Position numbers and translations under genes: made by a program. A stretch of 62,495 nt of DNA, filler included, from Sphacelaria rigidula (Eukaryota), in assembly GCA_964200075.2 (NCBI GenBank). It is 10 parts of 10 records of this genome, joined end to end, with 100 filler letters (N's around TTAATTAATTAA, not from the genome) between each part and the next. Parts side by side here need not be neighbours in the genome. Positions count along the whole stretch, not along the records: positions 37,560 to 43,718 come from CAXNAA020021864.1; positions 43,819 to 49,977 come from CAXNAA020021865.1; 8 more parts are not named here. One strand, written 5' to 3'. Below are positions 37,560 through 49,890 of this stretch, piece by piece. Position 1 is the first letter of the stretch; each line of letters begins with the position of its first letter. The notes under the pieces are model-generated. The model was not told where the DNA came from and did no database searches. It saw only the letters and a list, made by a program, of their open reading frames with translations.

Positions 37560-37617
37560 CGTCATTCCTGACCGGCCTCATCGGTCGTTCTGGAGGCCCG
37601 GTCCCAAAAGGGTTAAT
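37560..37617. mobile_element. piggyBac-like element end
   Basis: Ends GGTCCCAAAAGGG-TTAA; a homologue lies at ~43845-43897. Confidence 0.55.
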
Positions 37618-39042
37618 AGATGAGACGACAACACACAATACACACAACCGGCTGGGGGTCCGAAAAAATCAATCGACTAGAGAAAATCGACTGTGGACGG
37701 GCTGAAATGCTCATAATTGTACAAATACGGATTGGTTGCCATAAAAAATGGTCTCAGAGTCAACAGAACTTGCCGGCAGAGTAAAGTCAGCTCCAAAGGA
37801 CATTTGTGCAAACTCGCCGGTCCAACCAACATCATTTTTCATTCACTCGTGCACAATAGAGCCGACACATGGCGTGCGCGCAGCGCACGGCTTGCAGGCA
37901 GCCGACCTGGCTACTTCTATGTGTGCACATTGATGATTTTTATACACAGTACAAGGTTCTCCTTCGGGAGGTTGGTACGGGCCTCCCGAGGGAGACGCAA
38001 GTCGACAATATATGGTTGAGAGAAGCTACTGTTGTATCTCGATGTACGGTAGTGATCGTGGCTGTACAAAACATCGCAGGTATCATCGAATGTCCTTCGG
38101 AAATATGGAAGTTTGGACGGAGGCCGACTGCGGAACCGCCGGCGTATGACATGTGTGCTATTTCCGATGTGCCAGAATGCGAAGTAGCTCTCGCATCACA
38201 AAGCCATGACAGGGAGAGACACTTCTCGACAAGTTGGAATGCGTGTAACATTTTTGGCATGTCCTTCGTACATCACGGTGACTTCCACATCACCGAGCCT
38301 TTTTTAAAATAGGGTGATCGTTTTTTGCGGCAAAACACTCCTGTGCTGCCGTGCTGCTGTGCCTTGTTCAACTCGGCCCATTGCACGGTCTTGTGTTCGC
38401 TGCTGAATAGGCCAAGGCAATATTCAATTGTTTTCAGCTGCTTTGCCCTCAGGTTCTCGTGACATTGGCGGCATAACTGGTGTGTTCGAGCTCCCAAATG
38501 AACGAGAACGCGACGTAGAGGACCATGGGGAAACAATACCCCGCCAAAAGTGATCCTGCTTGAAGTTTTCATTACCTTGAACAGGCTTTTGTGGTTCAGG
38601 TTCCTGTTTCAAGTTTCCCGAAATCTTGAAAAGGCTTTAATCAGCAGATTTTAATTTTTGGGGTCGATCTCTGAAATGAGGTTCAAGTGGCATATCTTTT
38701 TTGCAGGGATGACGCGAAACAGTTACACAGAGCGTTTCCGTTTCATGCGCATCGTTTTCTAATAAGAAAGTTAAACCTGTCGGTTTCTGTTCAGTTTTGT
38801 ACTGATTGTCTCATGCCAATCCCAGCAAGTTTGGTATTGCTGCTCGACAGTATCATCGCACGTTTGACCGGACCCAAAGCGGCCACTTTCCCTGAGCTCC
38901 TGATAGCTCTTTCAATTCTGTGGAATTAATTGAAAAAATCGAACTGTTTAGGTTTAGCAGCCGTTATGAAACTCCGTGCATGCATGTTGTTACGGTGACT
39001 ACTGTGCAGATGACAGTCAGTACAGTAGAGCAACGACAGCTA

Positions 39043-39660
39043 CGAGGTGGGCCAGCTACAAAGCGGCTAAAAGTTGCTCACATCACAGCTTTCCCAGTTT
39101 CCCGAATGAACCCGACGTAAGCATATCACTGTGAAGTGCAGACCCACCTGATGACAAAGGACTGCGTCGCTGTTCGATTGGCGTCGTATTGCCAATGACG
39201 CTATTGTATTGCATAGAGTACGGGGCGCGCCTCATATCGTTGGGCGATAGCGTTTCGGAGTACTTTTGTTTTTATTGCGGTGGGTTCACGTCAGCAATCA
39301 CCCCGCAATGGGTAAAAGTGGGGTGCAGCAGCGTCACGCAAAACGTTGCACGCACGACCCAACTCGATGAATCTTGAGCTGAAATTTCACGGAGACCTTC
39401 TGTACCCAAGGAAATGATGCGTTCCGTGAGCAGCTGCAGATTCTCATTTTTTTGCTGGACTCATTGCATTATCTTGTTTTTCTGAAATTTCAAATCCCCA
39501 TAACCCACTGCTTTTTTCTTTTTTTTCTTTGCTGCGCATGTGATGTTCTGCATGCTAATCATAAAAGCGGAAGTAACAATTTCAGCTTCCAACCCTCAAC
39601 ATCACGCCGTGCGTCGCCTGAGCGAGAAAACCACCCATTATTGTTGGCTGACCCAGCTCG
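39043..39660. mobile_element. Mariner-like MITE family F, complete
   Basis: TA|CGAGGTGGGCCAGC ... GCTGACCCAGCTCG|TA. Confidence 0.8.
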
Positions 39661-40170
39661 TAGCTATGATCTGGTTTGCCTTACGTACTACCGCCAGCGT
39701 TGCTTGAAAGCCACAAGACCGTTGCGGTCGGAGGTTGATGGTGTGGGTATCAAATGCAACGACAAGTGGTTGATCATAGAGCACTCTTGTTCCCCGTGAT
39801 TATGTCGCCCCAGCTCGTAATGCATGACCTCCTCACATCGGAGTTCTGGGAAGCTACTGTACCGCGGTGTTCACGCAGCGGGTGTGTGCTCCAGATTGCA
39901 GCACGGAGGCACTCCTATGTGCCACGCCAGCAACAGTTGGGTTACCACCATGGATATCTTTTTCCACTCCGCATGTCGAGACGATCTTCACAAGCGTTTG
40001 ATCTCTCATACACCCCCCCAGCTGGCGTGTAGCACGCTCTTGTCGTCGCACAACCAAAGGGTTGCATGTCGGGTAAAATCAACGATGAATGACACCCCCA
40101 CCAAGTTCCAATCGGATCTGTTATTGCCGCAGCACCGTCCTTGCTGGCATACGTGTGACAGAGAACAGTA

Positions 40171-40429
40171 CAGTGGACACTTTCTACGATAGCCCCCCCC
40201 CCAAAAAGTGCCTGCTTTGAGGAGGCACAATCTTCCCGTAAATCGAAACGGAAAAGGCCGAGCACAACGGGCAGCTTGGGACCCCCACGCTTGGGTTCGT
40301 TCTCGCCGATGTCGCGCATATGAGGCGCTTCATGTAGCCTGAACCCAAACATCAGGCGCTGTATGACCATTTTTTTCGTGACACTTTTGGGCTGTTTTTT
40401 TTGGGGGGGGGTATCGTAGAAAGTGTCAG
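40171..40429. mobile_element. Tc1/mariner-like MITE
   Basis: TA|CAGTGGACACTTTCTACGATA ... TATCGTAGAAAGTGTCAG|TA. An empty site with a single TA is present in the paralogue at ~8105-8125. Confidence 0.85.
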
Positions 40430-41364
40430 TAGCGGTGACGGGAACATCGCCCTGCTTTTCAACGACGTGTTCTACAGCGCACAGAGGCGCGTCGTGTCCA
40501 AAACGAAAGGCAGAGAAAAATCGATATTTGTATTGGTGAGCTCCGCAGGCAAGTAGAGACGGCACCCCTCCGCACCTCGATTTTTGGGAGGGGGCTGTGC
40601 AGCAATACAACATGCCTACCGGCACATGACAAATTGGGTACATACTGGTAATATGCATGACGCCAGTTTCTCGAGCGACTGGTAACCGGCGAGCGAGGAC
40701 ACAGAAAGGACGCGGGTGAGGAGCTTCCTCTCTCTGGTTGCTTCTCTCTCTGGTGATATCGTCATCGACACGGGTGTACACCGCATTCGCTCGGTGCACC
40801 TAGCCTCAACCGCTTAAGTGCTGCAAAACATCGGAGGGAGATATGCTTTCGCTCTGTGTAACTCTTTCGCGTCATCTCTGCAAAAAATAAATGCCACTTG
40901 AACCTCATTTGGGATATCAACCCCAAAAATTCAAGATCCGCTGTCTTTTGTGGTTCGGGATCGACACCCCGCGAAAAAGGGCCCGTTTGAGCGACTTTCG
41001 GTGGCCAGAAGACGCGCCACAGGTATCAGATGACGCCCGAACCTGAGCGATAATGTACCGCTGAACCTTCTTAGTGCGCTGCAAAAGAAAGCGCGAATAA
41101 AATGACTTGTCGCCAGAGAAAACTCGGCAAAAGTGGTGAAAAATGTGGAATGATACATGTGCATATATATGTATATATACCCCGCAGACAGTAGTACGCT
41201 ATTGCACAGCATCGTCCCCAACCCAGACACCGCAAGTGCACAGCTTGCAGGCAGCCAACCCAGCTAGTTTTTTGCGCTTAGATTGACTGATTTTGGCAAA
41301 TACATACCCCATAGAAGTACACGACCGCATAGCATTGTTCTCCACATAGACAGTAGCAAGTAGA

Positions 41365-42600
41365 GGGTCCTGGAAAATGGGTTTAATCATTCAAATGGGA
41401 TTCAAGGCACCTTACGAAAATCCGCATGTGTTCCGGAATAGTTTTGCACGATAAAAGTATTTGCGGTTTCTTGTTTCTGGTAAACCTAAGCAGGTGTGGT
41501 TTGGTGCACCCAATTAGTGCGGTGTACACGTGTGTCGATGGCGATGCCACCGGAGCAGAAGCAATGTCGAAGACGAAGACTCTCGCTCGTTCCCTTTGTG
41601 TGCCTTCGGCGATTTACAATCGCTGGAGAGATTGACGTCATGTCACCACCACATTCCCAATTTGCCATCGACAGCACAAGCACGACAGGCGGTTCATTGT
41701 ACAGCCCCCAAGAAGATGATTCTACTAGGGTTGCTGTATCTTGACTGATATTATCGTGCCTTGTCTGTGGTGCTGACCAATGCGAAGATCAATTAATTCC
41801 TCTCTGCCTCTTGTTTTGGATAGGACGTGCCTTTGTGCCCTACAGAACACGTCGTCAAATGCAGGGCGATGTTTCTGTCACCGCAATCCGATTTTCATGT
41901 ACACACTCGCGGGCAACGACCGTTGCGCCAAGATCCAATCGCTTGTTGGGGGACATTATGTCGTTGATTTTGCCGAACGTTTGGCACAAGGACGAGAGTT
42001 TACACATCCCATTTTGGAGAATGTATGACAGATCAAATGCTCATGGATACTTTCTCGGTATGCGGAGTGAAAAAATACACCTGTGGCGGTGACTCAGCTG
42101 CTGCTGGTGGCGTGACCCACATGGGGGCTGGTATTATGTGATATGTGAGCTGATGTCATGTACAACCGGTGCGCGTGGGGAGAGATGTTTCTTTCAAATT
42201 TTCAACTCTGAGAAGGCCATCACAACCTTTTGCCTGAGGCGAGATATGGTTTCACCAAGAACAACGGCGTTTTATTATTTACTACTTGCCGTTTCATTGG
42301 TGATCCACGCCGTCAAGTGCTGACCAGAAAGGCCTTGTCTGAGATATGTTGTCGACCTAGCTTTCAAGCAGCGGAGTCTGTAGCAGTTGAATGAAGCTCA
42401 GACAATTCGTTATCGCACTGACTACCTATAGCAAGTCAATACTTAGAATTACACGTATACGGAAATCTCTCATAATTCGAACTAATTTCATATAACCAAA
42501 ACGACTCCCGAGAGCTGAAGTAGTGCCCGTTCCCCAACTCCCGACAGATGTAAGAAGTTATTCCAAAGTTTTGCGAGAACTAGGCGATTTTCTTATATCT
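41365..42600. mobile_element. Family B subtype 2 copy
   Basis: Direct homology to 7740-8610 and rc homology to 6890-7605. Confidence 0.7.
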
Positions 42601-42645
42601 GACGAGGACAGGAAGTTTTCTTCGAATAAAACTTACCATTTTTTT

Positions 42646-43657
42646 CAGGGCTCTTTACGTTACATATTACACGTTACGTCATAAATGTGACTTATAAAAA
42701 TATTTACGTTACGTCACGTCACACTTTGTGACGTATGAAAAATTATACGTCACGTCACGTCACGCCACGTCACATTCTTCACGGTACGGTACGTTACGTC
42801 ACACTTGTGACGTATCAAAAAATTATATGTTATGCTACGTCACAGTAACGGTTTTTGAAACGTTCCCTCTAACGTGTGTCGTATTTTATACGTTACACGT
42901 CACAATAACCGTTGCGCGTTACATTATTATACGTTTGTAACGTCTGAATGACCGTCACAATCGTCACACGCCCAACTTGTACCAACATTTGTGTGAGACT
43001 AGCATATGTAATACTCGCATGATGTGATACATGGGTTCGAGAAGAGCGTGCATACGCCATCGTAATACGCACGCGATGTAAGCGCAAGTTCAGCGCCACG
43101 GCAGCATGCACCGCCACACCAAACCCAACCATTGAACAAAGAACAAGCGATTATCGGAATCCGAAAGCACGAGTTTCGAATTTCCGCATTTCATTTTTTC
43201 ATATTCTATACGAGGTTGGCACCGACAGGGTGGGAGCGACGTGTAACGTAACGAGGAGCGCGGCCCAGGATACCGTAATGATGAGCGCGGCCCAGGGTTC
43301 CCCTTGCACGGCAGAGGTAGAGGGTGCTGCAGGAGAGAATCGTGCAGCAGACGGGGCTTTGGACCTCCCTGCTTCCGACAAGTCCACGCTCGAAAATCTC
43401 GAGCGGAAGGAGGTGAACGTCGCCGCGAGTTTTTTTCGCGATTTGTTGAAACGTTTCCTGTAACGCGTAACGTATTTCATACGTTACACGTCAAAATAAA
43501 CGTTATACGTCACAAAAATGTTCCAAAACACGTTGCACGTCACAAACGTAACGTTTCAGGATACGTTACACGTCACAAACGTATAATTATGTGACGTGTA
43601 ACGTAAAAATACGTTATACGTTACATCAAACGTTTCAAACTAAATTCATGTGACGTA
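42646..43657. mobile_element. Probable hAT-like non-autonomous element with ACGT(C/T)AC subterminal arrays
   Basis: Starts CAGGGCTC, with dense CACGT/TACGT blocks at 42655-42960 and 43460-43657. The right end is cut by a family F terminus (TA|CGAGCTGGGCCAGC at 43658). Confidence 0.55.
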
Positions 43658-44959
43658 CGAGCTGGGCCAGCTCAGAAACGGATTTAACCTGGCAGAGCAA
43701 TATCTCATCACCGGAAACNNNNNNNNNNNNNNNNNNNNNNNNNNNNNNNNNNNNNNNNNNNNTTAATTAATTAANNNNNNNNNNNNNNNNNNNNNNNNNN
43801 NNNNNNNNNNNNNNNNNNACTGTTTCGTGCAGACGCCAGACACTTCATTCCTAACCAGCCTCATTGGTCGTTCTGGCGGCCCGGTCCCGAAGGGATTCAT
43901 TTCTGCCACAACGAGCAGCCCAACGAGTGCGATTGCCACGAGTCACACTCGTGCTCGTCCGACGTGTGAACAATTTGAAGGCTCCTCATTGGCTGAGACA
44001 CGTTTTCTCTTTGGGCGCCACAGCAGAGGACGCGAGAAAAACGTGGCTGTGTCACGCTGTTCGCCTGCTCGTGGGGGTCACCGCACTGTGATACCAAATA
44101 TGTTTCTATCGGTTCAGTATCGCGTCCTGTATCTAGTGGGGAATAATTTATGAGCATTCACCCTGAACCAGTTGTCTACAGTCAGATCAAAGTGCGTTGG
44201 AAGCATACTCACACATACACACACACAAAGCATAAGTGCCAATAAGGTAGTTTGTCAGTGTTGTGCGATTAAGTATTTTGGCACTGGCGATCGAAACGTG
44301 TGGATTTCAAGGTGCCAATTATTTAACGACATGTGGTTGAGATATTTACAGCTTTCAAGCAAAACTAATACTGTAGCCTGAAGCTTGTTCTTCAGACCCG
44401 TATACAAATGTGCCCCAGTGTAGCACGGGACTCAGTTTATACGAAATAGACAGGTGGTGCTGAGTTTTGTTTCAGGTACGCAACTGCTAATTTTGGCTGT
44501 GTGCACAAACTTTAACAAACTTGACCCGTTTCTATATTGTCGTCCCCTCGTCCTAAAAAATCTGTTTTTCGCTTTAATTGGTGTTCAAAATATTCCTCAC
44601 GGCGTTTCTCAGACGTACGTCAAAACGTCCCTCACTCTCACGCAATCGTACACCATGCACGTTCGGAGGTCACGGCCAATATGCACTAATCTCTCGATGG
44701 TGGGGACCAATGGTAGTAATGTACACATTATGAGCACATACCGTATCGCCTGCCCAGGTTCTCGCCCGCTCTTCCCTACCGAAATCACTCCTTGCCAACG
44801 CCAATTCATCCCCGCCTCATGCCTGCGCTGGTACGTCGTCCTTTCCAAGCCCACTTCGAATAACTCGTACACGTTACAGGTACTGTATAATAACACTTAT
44901 ATCACAACAGAATCGGCCCTGTACATCCCATAAACCCACGGCAATTACACATCATTGAT

Positions 44960-45260
44960 TTACTTGTTTTGTCGCACTTTTGAACATCTCTCCTTCCTCG
45001 GTACGAGCCCGTGGTCTCAAGAGATCAACCCATCTCTCCCCGGTACACGCCTTGTAGTTTGGTCTCGCGGATCCGGTCAGCACTCCCGCACCGCGTCAAC
45101 TCACGTCAAACAAACTCAGTCGACTACTTTGTTTGCTCACGGTCTCACGCTTTCTACGGTGGCAATCAGATACTACGAAGAAAAAAAACAACGCATCCGG
45201 AATCGAACCCTCGTTCTCTCCACCCTAATGACAACGGTTGATCCATTATACGACGGGGGC
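44960..45260 (-). mobile_element. SINE family D copy
   Basis: rc homology to 13288-13570, including the B box. Confidence 0.8.
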
Positions 45261-45540
45261 GCGGCGGCTGGACAAAACCAATCCGACCGCACCGGGGTGA
45301 CACTTTTGGTGCCTGCATGGTGTATGCTGGTGGATTCTTCTGTGGCATTCCGCAGTAAAAATGTTTCCCGTCGGTATTTTCTGTTACAATTCCTTCTCCT
45401 TTTTCAGGGCTTGAAATAATGAGCGTCTGGGACCGAAGGGGGGCTTTTCCATAAGGTTAATCTCAGTGCGTCGTCAGATCGGAGAACCATGCTATTTTTG
45501 TGAATATTTTCGCGCTCTTTTCAAGATGGGGGTATATTTT

Positions 45541-48062
45541 CGCGCAGTCACAAGCATACCCTTTTTTGTGAAACCACCGAGGGCAGGTCGAGTAGAGTAT
45601 GCACTTTTGATTACTCGAGTGAAATACTCGAGTATTTACTCTACTCGAATATTGAGTAAGCACCGTCAGTAATACTTGAGTTTTGAGTATCAGTTGGGTA
45701 TGACCTCAGTACTCCACCCAAATTCTGAGTAGGTCGAGTACGGCCTCAAATACTCTACTCAATTTGTGAGTAGATCGAGTACGACCTCAAATACTCTACT
45801 CAACGTTTGAGTAAGCACTCTCCGTAATACTGGAGTACAGAGTATCACTTGAGTATGACCTCAATACTCCACTTAAGTTTTGACTAGGTCGAGTACGGCC
45901 TCACATACTCAACTAAAATTTTGAGTAGATCGAGTACCACCTCCAATATTCTACTCAAATATTGAGTAAGCACTCCTCGTAATACTTGAGTATAGAGTAT
46001 TACTTGGGTATGGTGAGTATCCGTGCTCGTCGGCGACTTCGTGACGTCACTTCACAGACTACGTTGAATACATTGGCGAACGATGGCCATTAATTAGATG
46101 GGTGGTGTTATGTTACAGGCTACAAGGAGTATAATCGAATGATGGCCGTAAAAAACAAAGCGTGTAGGTGAATAAGCAGTGCAAGACTTCGACTGCCCAA
46201 TACTTCGATATGATTTCTACGCTTTCTAGTACCCCCGCCAGTCTACACGGTACGATCCGAACGTCCTTCGACAATACCGCAATATTCGTTCTACCCTAGT
46301 ACTGTACCATTTGGTCCTGATCCAAATGCCTTCTCGAATATACTGTATCCGAATGTTTGCTGAAGTTTTATCTTGAATCAGCACTTATCATGGGTGGGCA
46401 ACTCTGGGAATACCTCGGTATTTCCTATACCCCGGTTTTAGTACCTTGCATACAAACTTGAATACTGAAGTTGAACTTATAGGTTTTCGGTACAACGGGT
46501 CCGGCCTCAGACACTCTACCCAACTCTGGGGTAGATTGGGTATGACCGCAAATACGCTACTCAAATTTCGAGTAGGTTGAGTACGGCCTCACATACTCGA
46601 CTCAAAGTGTGAGTAGATCGAGTACGGCCTCAAATACTCGACTCAAAGTTTGAGTAGATCGAGTACGACCTCCGATACTATACTCAAATATTGAGTAAGC
46701 ACTCTCAGTAATACTTGAGTATAGAGTATCACTGGAGTATGACCTCAGTATTCTACTCACATTTTGAGTAGATTGAGTATTACTTCAAATACTCTACTCG
46801 AAATTTCGAGTACTAGAAGTATGACTCTTCGAAAACACTGAGTATTGAGTAAACTCGACTCGACCTGCCCTTGGAAACTACACCTCGCCAAGAAGGCCAA
46901 AACCCAACGACCAAGAAGTCGTAGCCTGCTGCTCGTTGGCACGTAGACGTTAAAGACCCGACGATGCATGCAGGGCACGAACGCTTGTGTGCCGGAGGTC
47001 ACAAAGATCCAAACATGTGTGAAAAGCCTGTTATGCTGCAAGGCGTCGGTGGCTCCGGCCCTTCATCACTCCAAGCGGACCTCCTCAACGACGGAAGATT
47101 CGTTCGCCACGTTGACTGGCCCGAGGACGGCGTTCGATCGCCTTTTTCGCAGGGCCTCCCAATGGTGAGTGACGGGCGAGTCGCAGGCAGCGAGAGCAAG
47201 CTGTACCGTTGCGCCGGATGTGTAATGAAGGCCGACGAGAAAGAGGCCAGTGGGGGCCACGTGATGACCCACGCTTGCGTTATGTGTCTGTATGCGGACA
47301 CGAGGACCTGGCACCAAATGGCCTCTTTCTCGTCCGGTTTCCTAATATATCCGGCTCGACGGTACAGCTTGCTCTCGTTGCCCGCGACTCGCCCGTCACT
47401 CACCATTGGGAGGCCCTGCGAAATAACGCGCTCGGATGCCGCGCTCAAGTCAGTCACCGTCGCGAACGAGTCTCCGTTGTTGAAGATGTCCACGTGGAGT
47501 GGTTGGAAGGGCCGGTGCCACCGCTGCCTTGCAGCGTGACACCGTTTATGGGGGATTACTGACATCGTTCCACTATGGTGTGGCGTGTTGAGCTTCGCTC
47601 TCCTCGAGAATCTGGATTTTTTCTGCTGCACTTCCTCGGCTGTGTGTGCGTTGTATTCCCATCTATTCTGGACGCCAGTCTACCGCTTCCGGTATACATG
47701 TGTGGGTACATCAGCCGGGATCACAGCATCACATCCGGTGATGCGTAATCCGATTCGCACGTCCTACAATCCGATCGGTAATCTTTCGTCCCGATCTGCA
47801 AGTCGCAGACCCAACGCTCTGATTTTCCACACGGTGACGCCATATGATGCCGTTTGGGCGTGTGTGTGCCGGCAACACTTTTCACACATGTTTGGACCTT
47901 TGTGCATCTCCCCCACACGAGCGTCCGCGCCCTGTATGCATCGTCGAATTTTTGTAGCCTACAGGCCAACCAGCAGCGGGCTGAAATTTCTTGGTCGTTG
48001 GGTCTTGGCCTTCTTGTCGAAGTTCAGTCTCACAACAAGGGGTAGGCTTATGACTGTTCGTC
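45541..48062. repeat. Long foldback (hairpin) element carrying nested insertions
   Basis: Left arm 45541-45577 + 46882-47260 pairs with right arm 47306-47537 + 47875-48062. Confidence 0.8.
45578..46873. mobile_element. hAT-like non-autonomous element with ~41-bp semi-palindromic subterminal repeats
   Basis: TIR C(G/A)AGGGCAGGTCGAGT.GAGT. 8-bp TSD GAAACCAC (45570-45577) / GAAACTAC (46874-46881). Repeat unit TGAGTAGATCGAGTACGGCCTCAAATACTCTACTCAAATTT. Confidence 0.9.
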
Positions 48063-49559
48063 GTATCTTGTGCGGGGCCCGAGGTACGGTGATCACTTGA
48101 CAAAGAGGGGGCACATACGTGAGCATGAAAGGGTACGCAGATGAACAAAAATGGGTATGAGATGACTTTGTAGCAGAGAGTCAGGTGTACACTGCTAGCT
48201 TGTTGACAGAAAAGGGGTGCTCTACGAGGCTCCCCTTTTCCGCGCCGTACTTGAGCCTAATGCCCTGCGTCAAAGAAAAAGGTCAGGCATGCTGCCCAGG
48301 CAGGTCGGGCGTGGGGCTGAGGCGCTGGAACGTGTATTCGACGTGCTTAGCCCGCGTGCAGCGCCGCGCCCCGAACCGAAAAGTGTACTACCCTCTTTTG
48401 TTTCTAACGCACGGGGTATACCCTATTTCATGCTCCCCTTCATTGATTCCCGAGGGACCTAGCCGTGGTCACAAGATGGACGTGCGTACCCCAACGTAGG
48501 CAAAACGGAAATGCTCGCTAAAGACAATCAACGTGACACTAAGAAACGAGTACATGTGTCGACCGTGGATGTCACGAGTCGCTCAGCGACGAATATTGTC
48601 GGGCGTGGGTTCTGCTTTCTGTTTACGATGGTCCTCGTGGTATTGTTTTGCGGGACCCTGTAGAAGATACAGGCGGTGAATCCGGATCCGGTAGAAACAC
48701 AGGGGCGCTCCTTGCTCCTTTGTGTATAGCTTTACGTTCTCATTTTTTCTCTTCCTTCGCCTGAGCACTTCCTGCCATACATATCCTCATGAGGACATTT
48801 TTTCGGCTGTTTGACCCTTTGTCTCGTTTCTTCTTTTTTGTTTTTTTTCGGCCGGCGTTCCCCTTTTCGTCTCCGTTTGTTGTGCCCTCGTCGTTTTACT
48901 CCTTTTTTTGCTTTTCTCTTTCTCTTTCGTTTGTGTATATGTGCTTGTCGTGCGATATCTGGGTTCGTGTTGGTCATGGCTCCGTCGGGACTGTCTCGGA
49001 TTTTGTGATACGACCAATCTTCACTGACCGTGCCGCCACTACCGCGATATTTGTGTCGACGAAGCTCTCACACTCCTTCGAGGTACGACCCCATGACCCA
49101 CTCCATCGTCTGGGATGATGCGCTGTGCTTCCCTGTTCGCTACAGAGATCTCGACCGAAACTCGCAGCTGGTGAGTAGGTGACGATTCCAGCATAAAGAT
49201 GGTACTCTTTAAAAAAGACTCAATTGTTGGGTTCTTGATGAATGAAAGCACTTGTGCAGGACTGCGTGTATTATATATGACATATATTCATGTCGTACAT
49301 TTTCATTTTGCTCAGCTTTGTCGCACAGCCTCTTGTCTTCAATATTATTCTGTACGTATCGCGTCTTTTTTTTTCCCTTGCAGATTGACCTCGTTATTCA
49401 TTGTCCCCAGTCATATATATATATATATGTATATATGTGTGTGCGTATATTCCCAGCAAGCTGTATCCTGTGTCCGTGTCTCTCAAGCATAGCAGCATCA
49501 GCAATAGCTCTAGCCAGAAAAAATATGTGTGTGATGATGCTGCGAACATATACGCCGCC

Positions 49560-49890
49560 ATGCTCTGGTGGTGTAATTGTGCAACTGACACCATTAGGGC
49601 GGGGTGAATGCGGGTTCAATTCCCGCTTGATGCGTACACTCCGGCTCGTCTCTCGGACGTGTCTGATTCCCGTCGGTGAAGGCGTGAGTAGCAAGAAAAG
49701 CATGTTCGGCTGAGTTTGTCGTACGAGAGTCGACGCGGTGCGGGACTGTTGGTCATGATCCAATCCGCGAGACCAAGATGGCAAGACGTGTTCCGGGGGG
49801 AAGATGGATGGGTTGATCCTCTGAGTAGATCACGGAGTCGTCCCGAGGATGGGACGGGATTGGAAGTGTGACGAAAAAAAAAAAAAACGT
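49560..49890 (+). mobile_element. SINE family D copy (diverged, A-tailed)
   Basis: TGGTGTAATTG / GGTTCAATTCC boxes, body homologous to 13288-13570, A run at the 3' end. Confidence 0.75.

Larger units (their letters stand above)
38642..40943. mobile_element. Family B subtype 1 element with ~95-bp TIRs and two nested MITEs
   Basis: 38642-38735 is the rc of 40850-40943. The body is the rc of 7610-8750. Confidence 0.75.

Noticed and set aside
45600..46860. CRISPR-like array of palindromic ~41-bp units
   Set aside because: There are no unique spacers, the units abut and are degenerate, no cas genes are present, and the array is enclosed by TIRs with an 8-bp TSD in eukaryotic DNA.
48732..49017. 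Lys/Arg-rich ORF
   Set aside because: It derives from a T/C-rich low-complexity tract, with no domain or splice support.
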